From IMG/VR virus record IMGVR_UViG_3300031088_000799: a stretch of DNA of 64,000 nt; one strand, given 5' to 3'. The notes under the pieces were generated by a model. The model was not told the DNA's origin and ran no database searches. It saw only the letters and a program-made list of their open reading frames with translations. Below are positions 20,304 to 30,790 of this stretch, piece after piece (the first letter of the stretch is position 1; every line of letters starts with the position of its first letter). Both the position numbers and the translations under genes were made by a program. The DNA is from a virus. Lineage: Duplodnaviria > Heunggongvirae > Uroviricota > Caudoviricetes.

Positions 20304-21212
20304 TTGATGAAAAAAGTTATATGTGTTGTTGCAGCATTAGCAATTGTAGGTGTAGGTGGTTTTTATTACGCAAATGGAAAAATAGAAAATGAATTGAATG
20401 CGTCTATCAAAAAAGCTAACGAATCTAGTTTTGGAACAAAAGTAGAAGGAACTGTTTCAACTAATATCCTTCTTGGTACATTAAAAATTGATGACATGAA
20501 AATCGTTGGAAGTGAATCCACGCAAGAAGGAAAACTTGCTGTAAGTGGTCTAAAGTTTTACGACAAAGAAAATGTATTCTCTGATAAGTTGACCATTACC
20601 TTGAATGATTATAAGTCCAGCACTGACCAGCAATATACATCTGACAACTCATTCACTATTGCTAAAATTGGTGATGGAAAAATCAATTTACAAGCCACAT
20701 CAGCTTTTGTTGGAACACCAATCCAAGGGAATATTTCACAAGAATATGATGCCAATATCAGTGGCGTAAAAGATTTATATGAAACATTAACTAAAGATCT
20801 ATCAAGATCACTTGTTCATAACACACCACCAGAAAATCCAATGGCCTATATTGGAAAAGTAAGTGCTGCTAAGCTAGATAATCTAAAAGTTACTGTCCAT
20901 AATGATCGTTTCTTGAAAAATGTATTGATTGAATCTGCAAAATCACAAGATCCATCTATTACAGATACAGAACTTTTGGGTAAAATGAATCAATATGTTG
21001 AATCACAAATCAAGCAAAACATACCAGAAACTAATGGTTCTCAATCCAAAGTATTAGATTTCTACCGATCTGACAAAGCTTCATTGGTTGTTAACTTCAC
21101 TAACAAAACGAATAAACCATTGATTGATACATACACAGCGATGTTAACATCAGGAGATGCCTCAACAGTGATTGCAACCAATTATGATATAAAAATTGAC
21201 TTAGAAAAATAA
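20304..21212 (+). CDS. Hypothetical membrane-anchored or exported protein
   Basis: N-terminal hydrophobic anchor KKVICVVAALAIVGVGGFYY (YdgA/DUF945-like start); GAGG RBS. Confidence 0.7.
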   Translation: MMKKVICVVAALAIVGVGGFYYANGKIENELNASIKKANESSFGTKVEGTVSTNILLGTLKIDDMKIVGSESTQEGKLAVSGLKFYDKENVFSDKLTITLNDYKSSTDQQYTSDNSFTIAKIGDGKINLQATSAFVGTPIQGNISQEYDANISGVKDLYETLTKDLSRSLVHNTPPENPMAYIGKVSAAKLDNLKVTVHNDRFLKNVLIESAKSQDPSITDTELLGKMNQYVESQIKQNIPETNGSQSKVLDFYRSDKASLVVNFTNKTNKPLIDTYTAMLTSGDASTVIATNYDIKIDLEK

Positions 21213-21360
21213 GTTGATATTCAATAAAAAGCCCATTAAGGGCTTTTTTTTGTTGGGCAATAAAAAAGTTAAAACATTAATGATTAAAGGCTGAGTATGT
21301 GTCTTTTAAAAAAGATAAAAAATGCTATAATGACAAAATGAATAACTAAATGGTGACTTT

Positions 21361-22527
21361 ATGACAGAAGTGAAAAAATTACTCCAAGAAATTACAGAAA
21401 GATATGAGTCTGTAGATGATTTAGCAAAAAAAGTAATGTTTGTTGTCTTCAAAGCGGACAGTAAACTCGTAGACGACTTCTCAAAAACTTTTAAAGATTA
21501 TAAATTCGAAGAAATTGGTGAAGGTGCTTTTGTTTCAAAAGATTTAAATAAGACTAAAATGGATGAACTTCAAGAAAAAATAAATGAATATAGCAAAAAG
21601 AATTACAAATATATTCCAGACAACGAGCCAGATTACTACAATAAAAGCATTGAAGCTTCTGCATATACATTTGGATTAACCGAAGTCGTAAATGCAGAAT
21701 TGAAAACTGATAAAATTGAACAGATTGCTAAAATCAGAACTTATGAAAAAGATATTGAAGTCTATCATAGTAAAATATTAGAAAATGATTTTAGACAAAA
21801 ATACAAAACTGAAATGGTAGAGTTTCTTTCTAAAATTGTTGATTCTAAAAAATTTGAAAAAACTAATGGTGTTGGGTTAAAAGAATTAGTTAACGATATT
21901 TATGATATCGCTTTAAAAACTGCTGATAAAAATGTCTTTGATTTTTCAATCGTTAATAATCATGGTGTAAGCATGAGATTTGCTATTAGCCAAATTTCTA
22001 AACTTATTAAAGCTCCATCTGGTTATTACAATATTGAGCCTTCTTTTACATTTGACAATCAATATTCGTTGCAATCAAGAGGATTCAGTGAACAAGCTAT
22101 TGCTGATATTATAAGAGCTAAATATAAAGATGTTGATACTATTGAAGCCGTAAAGTTTGATCACGAAATTGCTCCACTTGAAGACAAGTTGACTCAAAAG
22201 TTTATTGCTAGAGATCCATTAATGAAAGGGTTTACATTCAGTAAGTCACGTCAACAAGTATCTGATAAAAATGCTTTTGAAATTATTGTGGATGAACTTT
22301 CAAAAACAGCAATTAACGAAGCAAAAGTTATAAGAGGTGTTGAATTAGATAAAGTATTAAAAGCTGCCAGCCCTAATAAGAACATGCATCAATTAGCGGA
22401 TACTGTAGATAACTACTTGAAAGGTAGAATAAATCTTAAAAATGATCTTGTCGAAGAGCTTAACAAAGATTTGCCAGCAGAACAAAAAATAGTAAAGAAA
22501 AAAACAAACAAAAGAAAATTGAAATAA
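21361..22527 (+). CDS. Hypothetical protein with Lys-rich tail
   Basis: 388 aa ending KKKTNKRKLK. Confidence 0.8.
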   Translation: MTEVKKLLQEITERYESVDDLAKKVMFVVFKADSKLVDDFSKTFKDYKFEEIGEGAFVSKDLNKTKMDELQEKINEYSKKNYKYIPDNEPDYYNKSIEASAYTFGLTEVVNAELKTDKIEQIAKIRTYEKDIEVYHSKILENDFRQKYKTEMVEFLSKIVDSKKFEKTNGVGLKELVNDIYDIALKTADKNVFDFSIVNNHGVSMRFAISQISKLIKAPSGYYNIEPSFTFDNQYSLQSRGFSEQAIADIIRAKYKDVDTIEAVKFDHEIAPLEDKLTQKFIARDPLMKGFTFSKSRQQVSDKNAFEIIVDELSKTAINEAKVIRGVELDKVLKAASPNKNMHQLADTVDNYLKGRINLKNDLVEELNKDLPAEQKIVKKKTNKRKLK

Positions 22528-22554
22528 ATAAAAAGAGCACCTAAGTGCTCTTTT

Positions 22555-22923
22555 TTAATCGACAGGTTGCAAAATGTAGGCTTCTTTATTGTATTTATTG
22601 GTTGAAGTTGCTTTGACCAAGTAATCAAAACCATTAAAGCGACCTTTAGCCAAAATATAGAGAGCAGCCCCCTTTTCATGTTCATCATAATCAAGGGTCA
22701 CAGTATCCTTCTGTTTGAAGAATTTTTTAATGGTATCAGGTGCTCGCATACTGGCTACATTAAAAAGATCAACTACAAACTTGCCAAAATCACCCTGCAT
22801 TACTTTAGGATAATTACCAAAATATTCAACCACTGAATACTCCACATCTTGTTCTGGGTGTTTTTCGAGTTCGTCCACAGCATTTGGGTAAAATTCGCCA
22901 AATAAGTCTTTAACTGTTTTCAT
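22555..22923 (-). CDS. Hypothetical protein
   Basis: 122 aa; GAGGG RBS. Confidence 0.7.
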   Translation of the reverse strand: MKTVKDLFGEFYPNAVDELEKHPEQDVEYSVVEYFGNYPKVMQGDFGKFVVDLFNVASMRAPDTIKKFFKQKDTVTLDYDEHEKGAALYILAKGRFNGFDYLVKATSTNKYNKEAYILQPVD

Positions 22924-23028
22924 AATTTTGCCCTCAATATGAATTAATGAGGTTTATTATATCACATCTACAAACTATTATCAATAAAAAAAGCATCTCA
23001 GAGAGATGCCTTTCACACATTAATAGTA

Positions 23029-23298
23029 TTAAAGAATAAGTAAAATTAAGAAAATTAAAAGAAGCAATCCACCACCCAACACATAAACAGGGTGAATGCC
23101 ATATTTCTTAGTATGTGGCTCAATCTTCAACAATATACCAGACAATGCAGGATGACTGGCAGCTTTTTCAGTGTAGCGAGTAATAATGTTGTCCTTTGGA
23201 TTCTTCTTATAGTCCAAATACAATGGAACACCTGCTAAAAATGCAATTAACAAAAATAGAATAACCATAACAACCTCCATTAGTATGTTGTAATACAT
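23029..23298 (-). CDS. Small membrane protein (two TM segments)
   Basis: Hydrophobic N- and C-terminal stretches; GGAGG before internal ATG. Confidence 0.7.
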   Translation of the reverse strand: MYYNILMEVVMVILFLLIAFLAGVPLYLDYKKNPKDNIITRYTEKAASHPALSGILLKIEPHTKKYGIHPVYVLGGGLLLLIFLILLIL

Positions 23299-23393
23299 AA
23301 TACCAATAAAAAGTAGAAATAAAAGCCCTAGTTAAAAATATATTTGAAAATGTTATGGTTTAATGTTATAATTATCTATTCTCATTTAAGGAG

Positions 23394-24161
23394 ATGACTA
23401 TGAGTATCAATGAACTCTTTACCAAACATAATAAAGCGATGTTTAAACAAAAGGATTTCCTTAACCTCTTTGATGGTTTTGAGATGCTTAAACATTATGG
23501 TGTATTTCCCGTAGATCCTAAAACTGAAATGTATATGATTACAGCAAAATCATCGGCTGCATTTCCAGTGAATAGTAACCAAAAATACCGTCACATTATT
23601 AAGACATTGGGCAATCAAATGAACCTAATGCCAACGGAAATGGAAGAGAAAATTATTAATAATATCTTCGATATTTATGTAAGAATGGGATTAATCAAGC
23701 ATAACGAAGCTGAAATTAATTTTTACAAAAATGATATTATGTTGAGCAGTCGATTTGTAGACAATGATTTTTACAATTTAAAAACAAAAACATCGGGTCG
23801 CTCATATTACAATAAGCCTATGCGAATTTTTAAGTATTTCTATATCAATGATAATGAATTTACAGTTGTTAACTCCATCGTTCAAGAAATTCAAAAACAC
23901 AATTATACAGTAGCCTATCATCAAAAAGGTGATAAATTTATTGTGTTTACAAGTGACCCTTATACCAATGTAAAAACCATTAGAAAAGACCAATTTGATA
24001 CGTTAGATGAAATGAATGAATTCATCAAAAGCTATTTTGAAAAAATTATTTTTGAAGTGTGTTGGAAAAAAGATTTACAAAATTTCTTCAGTAACCCAAG
24101 TTATGATTTCAACATGTTTGAACAAAACCATCTTGATCTATATTTTGCCTACATTATCTAA
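23394..24161 (+). CDS. Hypothetical protein, AxxI variant end
   Basis: AAGGAG RBS; ends LDLYFAYII. Confidence 0.75.
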   Translation: MTMSINELFTKHNKAMFKQKDFLNLFDGFEMLKHYGVFPVDPKTEMYMITAKSSAAFPVNSNQKYRHIIKTLGNQMNLMPTEMEEKIINNIFDIYVRMGLIKHNEAEINFYKNDIMLSSRFVDNDFYNLKTKTSGRSYYNKPMRIFKYFYINDNEFTVVNSIVQEIQKHNYTVAYHQKGDKFIVFTSDPYTNVKTIRKDQFDTLDEMNEFIKSYFEKIIFEVCWKKDLQNFFSNPSYDFNMFEQNHLDLYFAYII

Positions 24162-24169
24162 GTAGGCAT

Positions 24170-25186
24170 TTATTTTATTTTCGAAGCATAAGTCTTCTTA
24201 CGCTCATTTGCCAAGATGTCTTTAACTTGAACCTTAAATAGCATGGCCGTATAGTGAGCATCATTACCAGCATTATGAGTATTTTTCGCAATAATCATAT
24301 TATCCGCTAAAAACGTTTTAAGCTTCTTGCCAGTATGCTCTTGACCAACAGGGGCAAGGTTTTGTCTATAAATTTCTTGTGTATCATAAACCCTATGATT
24401 TTGTAATGAAAGTTTATTGTGCTCAAAGTATCTAACATCACAAGATTGTTCATGAAAAACAAGGTTTCCAGATTTTGTTAAAGCATTTTCAAGAATTCCT
24501 TTTACTTCTGCACTGTCAATGAAAGTAGTTATTCCAAAATTAAATGAATCTTGTAAAAGTTTTTTAGCTTCTGATTTCTTTTCTCTATGCTCATTAACGA
24601 CATAATGTTCTGTCACAATATCTTTGCCATTGATATAACTTAATCCTATTTCAGTAATTTGACTGATGTGGAACTTGTCCACTGTCATCGGATTGAATTC
24701 AAAATCTATAGCTAAATAAGTCTTTTTATCAAAATCAACATCTTTAATATTACCATAAGTGTCTAATAAAGCTCTTTTTTCTGCTGCAATTTTTTCTTCT
24801 TTCAATTTTTGCATAACATAAGCAGGAGATTGCTGAGCTATCCTCCTTGCTGTCTCAAAATCTTCTGGTTTTTCATAATCAAATGTAATGACGTTATCTT
24901 GTTTATATAAGGCTTTTTTTAAGGTTTCTTGTGGGATGAGGAATTGTTTATTTTTCATCATCAAATAAAGGTTAATCTTTTCAATTTGATCTTCATCAAA
25001 TACATTACGGACATCAGACCCAGCACCTATATGAATTTTATCAAAACCTAATGCTTCATTTAACTTAACAAGATTTGTTAAATCATTAAATTGTGATTTT
25101 TCTTCTTTACTTGTTCCATTTTTAAAAAAGATCTGTTGCATATGGCCTTTAATCATATTCATCGCATAATACTTCATTACAATCAC
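24170..25186 (-). CDS. DEDDh 3'-5' exonuclease-domain protein
   Basis: AIDFEF, FHEQSCDV, HNAGNDA; ends RKKTYASKIK. Confidence 0.8.
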   Translation of the reverse strand: MIVMKYYAMNMIKGHMQQIFFKNGTSKEEKSQFNDLTNLVKLNEALGFDKIHIGAGSDVRNVFDEDQIEKINLYLMMKNKQFLIPQETLKKALYKQDNVITFDYEKPEDFETARRIAQQSPAYVMQKLKEEKIAAEKRALLDTYGNIKDVDFDKKTYLAIDFEFNPMTVDKFHISQITEIGLSYINGKDIVTEHYVVNEHREKKSEAKKLLQDSFNFGITTFIDSAEVKGILENALTKSGNLVFHEQSCDVRYFEHNKLSLQNHRVYDTQEIYRQNLAPVGQEHTGKKLKTFLADNMIIAKNTHNAGNDAHYTAMLFKVQVKDILANERKKTYASKIK

Positions 25187-25275
25187 TCTTGTTTATGATT
25201 ATAGTATATCATGGCATACAATAAAAAAAAGTATAAAAAAACTGGCCGAAGCCAGTTTATCTATTGAAATGTTTG

Positions 25276-25479
25276 TTAGCTGACAATCAAATCTTTAACT
25301 TCATCTTCTGTTTCATCAACTTCTGAATCAATTACAGCATCAGTGAACATCATAAAATGTTCAATCATATCGCTGCAGTGTGAATCAAGGTAAGTCAACA
25401 AAAGTGATAGTTTCTCAGATTCAGTCCAGCCAGTAACATCCGCACCTGCATTGAGTACGCTATCAAAAGTGTGTCGCAT
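25276..25479 (-). CDS. Small acidic hypothetical protein
   Basis: 67 aa; GAGG RBS; downstream of NUDIX gene. Confidence 0.6.
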   Translation of the reverse strand: MRHTFDSVLNAGADVTGWTESEKLSLLLTYLDSHCSDMIEHFMMFTDAVIDSEVDETEDEVKDLIVS

Positions 25480-25491
25480 AATATATACCTC

Positions 25492-25923
25492 TTAATTTAA
25501 ACTTGTAAAAGCCTCAAACACCTTGTTGAAACTTTTAGCACAATGATTTGGAACTTCATCAAAAGCGATGTATTTAAAATCATCTACTTCTGGTTTTTCT
25601 CTTTTAGTGTAAGGGCAAGTAAACGTCGAGACACATTCACAAGCCGATGGCAAAGGATAATCCTGACCAGTATAAAGAAACACATGCATGTTTTTACGAT
25701 TATTGTAAACAAAAACACCCAAGTCTTTCAAGTCTTCTGCTACAAAATCAACACCAGCTTCTTCTTTGAGTTCACGAATCGCTGACTGCACAGGTGTTTC
25801 ATCATCTTCTGCACCACCTTTGGGAACGTCCCAAAAGTTATTGCCAGTAGAGTGAGCCATAAACAGATGTTTTACACCATCAATGACTTTCACAATGAAA
25901 ACTGCATACGTTAGTTCTTTCAT
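25492..25923 (-). CDS. NUDIX hydrolase
   Basis: PKGGAEDDETPVQSAIRELKEEAG Nudix box. Confidence 0.9.
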   Translation of the reverse strand: MKELTYAVFIVKVIDGVKHLFMAHSTGNNFWDVPKGGAEDDETPVQSAIRELKEEAGVDFVAEDLKDLGVFVYNNRKNMHVFLYTGQDYPLPSACECVSTFTCPYTKREKPEVDDFKYIAFDEVPNHCAKSFNKVFEAFTSLN

Positions 25924-25937
25924 GACGCTATCCTTTT

Positions 25938-26276
25938 TTAAATGAATTCCACCTCTGGAATACTGAATTCGATTGTTTTTCTTTTTACAACTTTTGCAAT
26001 TTCATCGACATAAAACCATTCTTGATCATACAAATCCTGATCAAAGAAGAATTGTTCAATCTCTTTGAAAGAAGCTTCCTTCACATTCAAAGAATCTTTG
26101 GTCGTCTTACCTTCCAAGATAACTTTATTCTTTTTGATAAGAATGCCACGAACGATTTTATCTTTCAATGCACCAATTTCAACTCTACGGCTACCAACAG
26201 AGTGAACAAAAAAATAGTTGCCATCTTTTAATTGAATGATAGTGTATGGAGAAATTTTCATAAGCGACCTCTTCAA
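25938..26276 (-). CDS. Hypothetical protein
   Basis: 112-aa ORF, co-oriented with NUDIX. Confidence 0.6.
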   Translation of the reverse strand: MKRSLMKISPYTIIQLKDGNYFFVHSVGSRRVEIGALKDKIVRGILIKKNKVILEGKTTKDSLNVKEASFKEIEQFFFDQDLYDQEWFYVDEIAKVVKRKTIEFSIPEVEFI

Positions 26277-26388
26277 ATTGATAAATCCATTATAGCAAAA
26301 TTGTGAGATTTTGACAACAACTAATTAGACAAAACGTTGATCAAAAAAAACACCGAAAAAATTCAGTGTTTTTATGGTAATTAAAAAC

Positions 26389-26865
26389 TTAAATCTTTAA
26401 AAATGATAAATCGACTGTAACATCTTTCAACGAAACAATTTCCAGAACCGCTTTATCATAAAAATAATCGACTGTTCCTTTCTTTGTTTCATACAAGCCA
26501 CCAATATAACCGTCTTCAAAATAAATACCTAAAATACGAGTTTTCTGCTCATAAAATTTTTCAATATTTTTAGAAGGTGATGAGGTTACAAACACAATGT
26601 TAGCACGACCTATTTCTTCACCATCTTTAAAAAATGGACAAGAAATTTCAAAAGAGCAATTTTTTTTAAAACAATTCTTAACTCTTGATCCTAAAGTTTT
26701 GAAGGTAAATTCTTTGATACGTGGATCGGACGATGCCTGTTCATGGATAGTGTTATTATAGGAGTTAACAAGTAATTCATTATCTTTTTTAAATTGTTCA
26801 TATTTCAATGAATTTTTTTCTTTCTCGTTAAAAAATTCAGCCATCTGTTTTAGAAACTTTTTCAT
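26389..26865 (-). CDS. Hypothetical protein
   Basis: 158 aa; AGGTG RBS. Confidence 0.7.
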   Translation of the reverse strand: MKKFLKQMAEFFNEKEKNSLKYEQFKKDNELLVNSYNNTIHEQASSDPRIKEFTFKTLGSRVKNCFKKNCSFEISCPFFKDGEEIGRANIVFVTSSPSKNIEKFYEQKTRILGIYFEDGYIGGLYETKKGTVDYFYDKAVLEIVSLKDVTVDLSFLKI

Positions 26866-26936
26866 AAATCACCTGTTTATTTTTTTAATTATATATCACT
26901 AACGCTTACAACGCAATAAAAAATAAGGCTCTCACC

Positions 26937-27131
26937 TTACTTTTTAGACTTTTCTTCTTTTTCCATAATGGCTTGGATTTCGACTTTCAGCTTATTATAT
27001 TCTTTCAGATCATTAGGCTTGATGTTATACTTCTTAACGTTCTCATCATACTCTTTCATGGTTTCTGTTAATAAGGCAACCAACATTTTTGCTTTGGGTA
27101 CCAATTTCATAATGCTTAGTGGATCTAACAT
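26937..27131 (-). CDS. Small basic hypothetical protein
   Basis: 64 aa; AAGGAG RBS. Confidence 0.65.
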   Translation of the reverse strand: MLDPLSIMKLVPKAKMLVALLTETMKEYDENVKKYNIKPNDLKEYNKLKVEIQAIMEKEEKSKK

Positions 27132-27205
27132 CTCATTCTCCTTTGTTTTCTAAATGATGAAGTCAGTGTAGCCGAAAAGAAAAGAAAATCAATGTTATTA
27201 TAATA

Positions 27206-27826
27206 TTATTCATTATACATAGAACAGCTAAAAGCATCCACAATTACAAGCTGTCCAGTGGAAGGTCTAATCATGAAATTATTAAAATGAAGATCAATAC
27301 TAAAAATAGTATCACCTTGTTTTCGTGCAATTTTTCTCAAATCTTTAAGCAAGGAGACAAAGAAAGATTCGAAGTCAGTTCCAATATGCTTACAAAAATG
27401 AGTTGATTGACGAATACGTTCCAAAAGAGTTGAAATATCCCAATCGGTAAGTTCAATGAATGCCTTAGCAATATAACCTTCAAAAATAAATTTTATGTCA
27501 GCAATAAGCCCTTCACTGATATTGATAAGTTTTTCAGAATCAATACAGAAAATAGATTTTCTATCGAATTTATAAACAGTGCAGGAATTTAATTTAGGAA
27601 GGTAGGAGATATGTTGGTGATCAAGGCAATATTGCGTCCAATATTTAATTTCTTTAATTTGTTCACTGCCACAACTAAAATCTTGAACTTTAAAAATATG
27701 GTTACTAACAATATCTTCAAAAACATTAAAGCATATTCCTTGGTCGATATGCCGCCAATCTGGGTTGTTTTCTAAAAAGTAAGAACTTGGCTCAATGCCA
27801 TTTAAACAGACTTCTGTTATGTCCAA
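27206..27826 (-). CDS. Protein kinase-like protein (T7 gp0.7-like fold)
   Basis: YLPKL, IDLHFNNFMIR, LVIVDAF. Confidence 0.6.
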   Translation of the reverse strand: MDITEVCLNGIEPSSYFLENNPDWRHIDQGICFNVFEDIVSNHIFKVQDFSCGSEQIKEIKYWTQYCLDHQHISYLPKLNSCTVYKFDRKSIFCIDSEKLINISEGLIADIKFIFEGYIAKAFIELTDWDISTLLERIRQSTHFCKHIGTDFESFFVSLLKDLRKIARKQGDTIFSIDLHFNNFMIRPSTGQLVIVDAFSCSMYNE

Positions 27827-27891
27827 TTTTATAATTCCTTAATCGTTTCACCTACAAGTATAGCATATTCAAAAAAAATATATATCTTTTT

Positions 27892-28590
27892 CTAATAAAA
27901 AGGATCATTCAGTATCAAATCAACATCAGTGCCTGTTAACCTAAACATAATATTCTTAGAATGTAAATCTAAAGTATAATAAAAAAACTTACTCGAAATA
28001 TCAGCAATTAACTCTGTCATAAGTTCAATTTCAACAAGATTAGAAAAAGTCTCAGAAGGTGTAATGGCAAGTTCATTATAATGAGGACAAATAAGATTAG
28101 ACTTCATATGAGCATGAATATTAGAACAAAATTCACTCGCAAACTCATAGATCCGATAGTCATTTAATTTATTCAAATGAAATAATCGTTCACATTTAAT
28201 AATATAAGCAAAATGTTCTGGATCAATAGTAACTTCATAAACTTTTGGTAAATGTTTATTTTTGTTGCAATTTTCCAAACAATAATAAGCCCAATCCAGA
28301 TTGGTTTTAAAAATATAAGAAGTTAAAGCATCTCTAACTTGCTCAGAGTCATCAATGATATCGTTAAATACTTGATAAAACAACTCTTCGGCATCTTCAC
28401 TAATTAATAAAGAATGCTTTTTATCTTTCATCATAGAAAGCTTAAATGCTTTGATAACAATATCATTTTTTTTATCGTAGTAAGAGGTAAGAAACTTACC
28501 AGATCCTAAGACTTGGTAAGTTTTCTTTAACTGGTTATGTAGTGCTCTATTACGTTTATAGGCGAATTTTAAAAGGTCAACGCTGTCCAT
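27892..28590 (-). CDS. Protein kinase-like protein (T7 gp0.7-like; start probably ATG 28590)
   Basis: LGSGKF Gly-loop, VIKAF, HLPKV, LDLHSKNIMFR, LILNDP. Confidence 0.7.
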   Translation of the reverse strand: MDSVDLLKFAYKRNRALHNQLKKTYQVLGSGKFLTSYYDKKNDIVIKAFKLSMMKDKKHSLLISEDAEELFYQVFNDIIDDSEQVRDALTSYIFKTNLDWAYYCLENCNKNKHLPKVYEVTIDPEHFAYIIKCERLFHLNKLNDYRIYEFASEFCSNIHAHMKSNLICPHYNELAITPSETFSNLVEIELMTELIADISSKFFYYTLDLHSKNIMFRLTGTDVDLILNDPFY

Positions 28591-28855
28591 AAGCAGTGTC
28601 CGTTGACGAAACAGCCACTGGCTCTTGTTCAAGATACAGTGCCATGGAAAAATAATGACCAATATAACATTCTGGCATTACTGCTCCACCATTAAATGCG
28701 TAGGTTTTACCCTGATAGTCAATTGAAGATGGCCACTCTTTCGCATAACTAAGAAAGTGGCTAACCACCACAAGCTCCTGCTTATTATCAATATGGAGGC
28801 CCAACACAGAATAATCATCACCAGCTTTCATCAACATATTACTTCTCCATATCAA
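28577..28855 (-). CDS. Hypothetical protein
   Basis: 92-aa ORF in a run of small minus-strand genes; GGAG before MLMK. Confidence 0.55.
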   Translation of the reverse strand: MIWRSNMLMKAGDDYSVLGLHIDNKQELVVVSHFLSYAKEWPSSIDYQGKTYAFNGGAVMPECYIGHYFSMALYLEQEPVAVSSTDTAYGQR

Positions 28856-29066
28856 TTACGATTTTATCATCTTCAATAACGCATTTAAAAGTGCTTTCTA
28901 GTTCCTTCACCTTAGCATCATCCATTTCAACCATAGAAATCATATGAGAAGAATGTTCATGATAAACGTGGTTATTCAATACCACCTTTACACCAAAACT
29001 TTTCAACTTATCCGCTTCCTGATCATTAAGAAAACGACGATGCTTAACTTTTACCGAATAAAGCAT
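28839..29066 (-). CDS. Hypothetical protein
   Basis: 75-aa ORF; AAGAAGG upstream. Confidence 0.55.
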   Translation of the reverse strand: MLYSVKVKHRRFLNDQEADKLKSFGVKVVLNNHVYHEHSSHMISMVEMDDAKVKELESTFKCVIEDDKIVIDMEK

Positions 29067-29078
29067 AACGTCCCCTTC

Positions 29079-29279
29079 TTAAGCCGAACCGATAGCAGTG
29101 CGACGATAAGAAGACTTATCACCAAAAGTACGCTGGTCTTTACCATCAAGAGAACGAGCCACATACATAGGCTTACCTTCATCGAAATAGCGGCAACAGA
29201 TTTTACCAACAAAATCCAAACTGGCCACCAAATCACCATTCTCCATCTTATGAGTCATTTTAGGGTTTTCACCAAGCAT
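29079..29279 (-). CDS. Hypothetical protein
   Basis: 66 aa; AGGAG RBS. Confidence 0.65.
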   Translation of the reverse strand: MLGENPKMTHKMENGDLVASLDFVGKICCRYFDEGKPMYVARSLDGKDQRTFGDKSSYRRTAIGSA

Positions 29280-29346
29280 TTTAAATCTCCTACTGTTTAT
29301 TAGTTAATGTGGCAATTATAGCATTTAGTAAAGGTTAAAGCAACTA

Positions 29347-29913
29347 TTAAATAAAACACATATCAATTAAATCTTTGTTAAGTTCTTCAATATTACCAAA
29401 CATCTTCTTAATTTCATAACGACAATTTTGAAGCAAGAAAAATTCTTTCAAACCGTGAGCTGCTGTGCCAAATCTGTCTGTAATATAAAAAGTATCACAA
29501 TCAGAAACAATTGTGAAATTAACATCATGAAACTGCTCACGGCCAAATACTTTAATATCCAAAGGAAATTTTTCATCTTTTTTAGCGGTGTAAGTCGTAT
29601 AAAAAACAACTTTATTATCTTTCTTCTTATCAACAGCAACATAATGGGTCACACTATATTTGCGAAGAAAATCTTTTTGCTTACAAGTGAACAAACCATC
29701 CAATGTTTCTAAAACTTCATGCTGATGAGTTTCCAAAGTTTTCTTATAAGGATTACTTTTATGAGGATATTTAAAAATGACAACGGAATCTTCATAGCGT
29801 GCCAATTTAAAACGCATATTACCAACAATACCCGAAGATTGCTCAATCGTATAAGTTTCAATTCCAAAATATTTAGCAATAGCAGAAATTTGTGCGTTCA
29901 TAAAAAATCTCAC
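29347..29913 (-). CDS. Hypothetical protein, MxxI end
   Basis: Ends DLIDMCFI. Confidence 0.75.
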   Translation of the reverse strand: MRFFMNAQISAIAKYFGIETYTIEQSSGIVGNMRFKLARYEDSVVIFKYPHKSNPYKKTLETHQHEVLETLDGLFTCKQKDFLRKYSVTHYVAVDKKKDNKVVFYTTYTAKKDEKFPLDIKVFGREQFHDVNFTIVSDCDTFYITDRFGTAAHGLKEFFLLQNCRYEIKKMFGNIEELNKDLIDMCFI

Positions 29914-30027
29914 TTAATGTAATGACAGTATTATACTACAAGTTGCTTAATCCCGTCAACAAAAAGCTCATTGTGCTTGAATCACAGCGAACCCATTTAC
30001 AGAATAATAACCATGATCATCATACGT

Positions 30028-30726
30028 TTAAAAAACAAGCATCGTTAGTATTTTAATATTATCATCAAAATTTTCGTTGAATTTTTCAATATTTTCAAAT
30101 TGTTCTGTAATTTGGTTTTCAAATTGCGTTGAAATATAAGCTGTGGCTAGTAGATTCTCTGAATAATACTTTCCTTCGTATTTATTATCTAATGCTGCTA
30201 CTGAAAAGTAATTATATCTATATCCACAAGGCCCTTTTATCAGATCAAAAATAATACGGCATTCAGATGGTTCTGAACTGTGCATAGGAATCTGATAACC
30301 AATACTGACACTTTCTTTTTCACCACTTTTGCCATTAAATTCAAAATAAGTTGTATATACAAGAAAAATATTATTTTTATTGATGAATTTGAATTCAATT
30401 TCTTGGCTTATACGATCTATTTTATTGCGAAGCGGTTTAAAGTTTTTGTGATGAGTGTAATGATCAGAAAAATAATCATTAAAAAGTTGAACAAACTTCT
30501 GGTAACTGGTCAATGCTTCATTATGTAATCTTACAATCAAAGGATTTTCACATTTTCTAACAATAAAAGAATCTACTGCTGTTTTTCTTTTGAGATAGCC
30601 AAAGCCATCAACATAACAAAAGCCTGAATCCAAATCATTAGGAAAAGGAGAACCCTCAGATAGATTAAAAAAATTTTTAAAAAGAATATGCATACTGTTA
30701 CCTCTAGTTAACACACCATTATACAA
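30028..30726 (-). CDS. Hypothetical protein, MxxF variant end
   Basis: Ends IKILTMLVF; GAGG before MHIL. Confidence 0.75.
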   Translation of the reverse strand: MYNGVLTRGNSMHILFKNFFNLSEGSPFPNDLDSGFCYVDGFGYLKRKTAVDSFIVRKCENPLIVRLHNEALTSYQKFVQLFNDYFSDHYTHHKNFKPLRNKIDRISQEIEFKFINKNNIFLVYTTYFEFNGKSGEKESVSIGYQIPMHSSEPSECRIIFDLIKGPCGYRYNYFSVAALDNKYEGKYYSENLLATAYISTQFENQITEQFENIEKFNENFDDNIKILTMLVF

Positions 30727-30790
30727 GATTCAGTTTATAAAGCAACAAAAAAATAGCCCGAAGGCTATCTTAATGGAACAAAACATTCAA

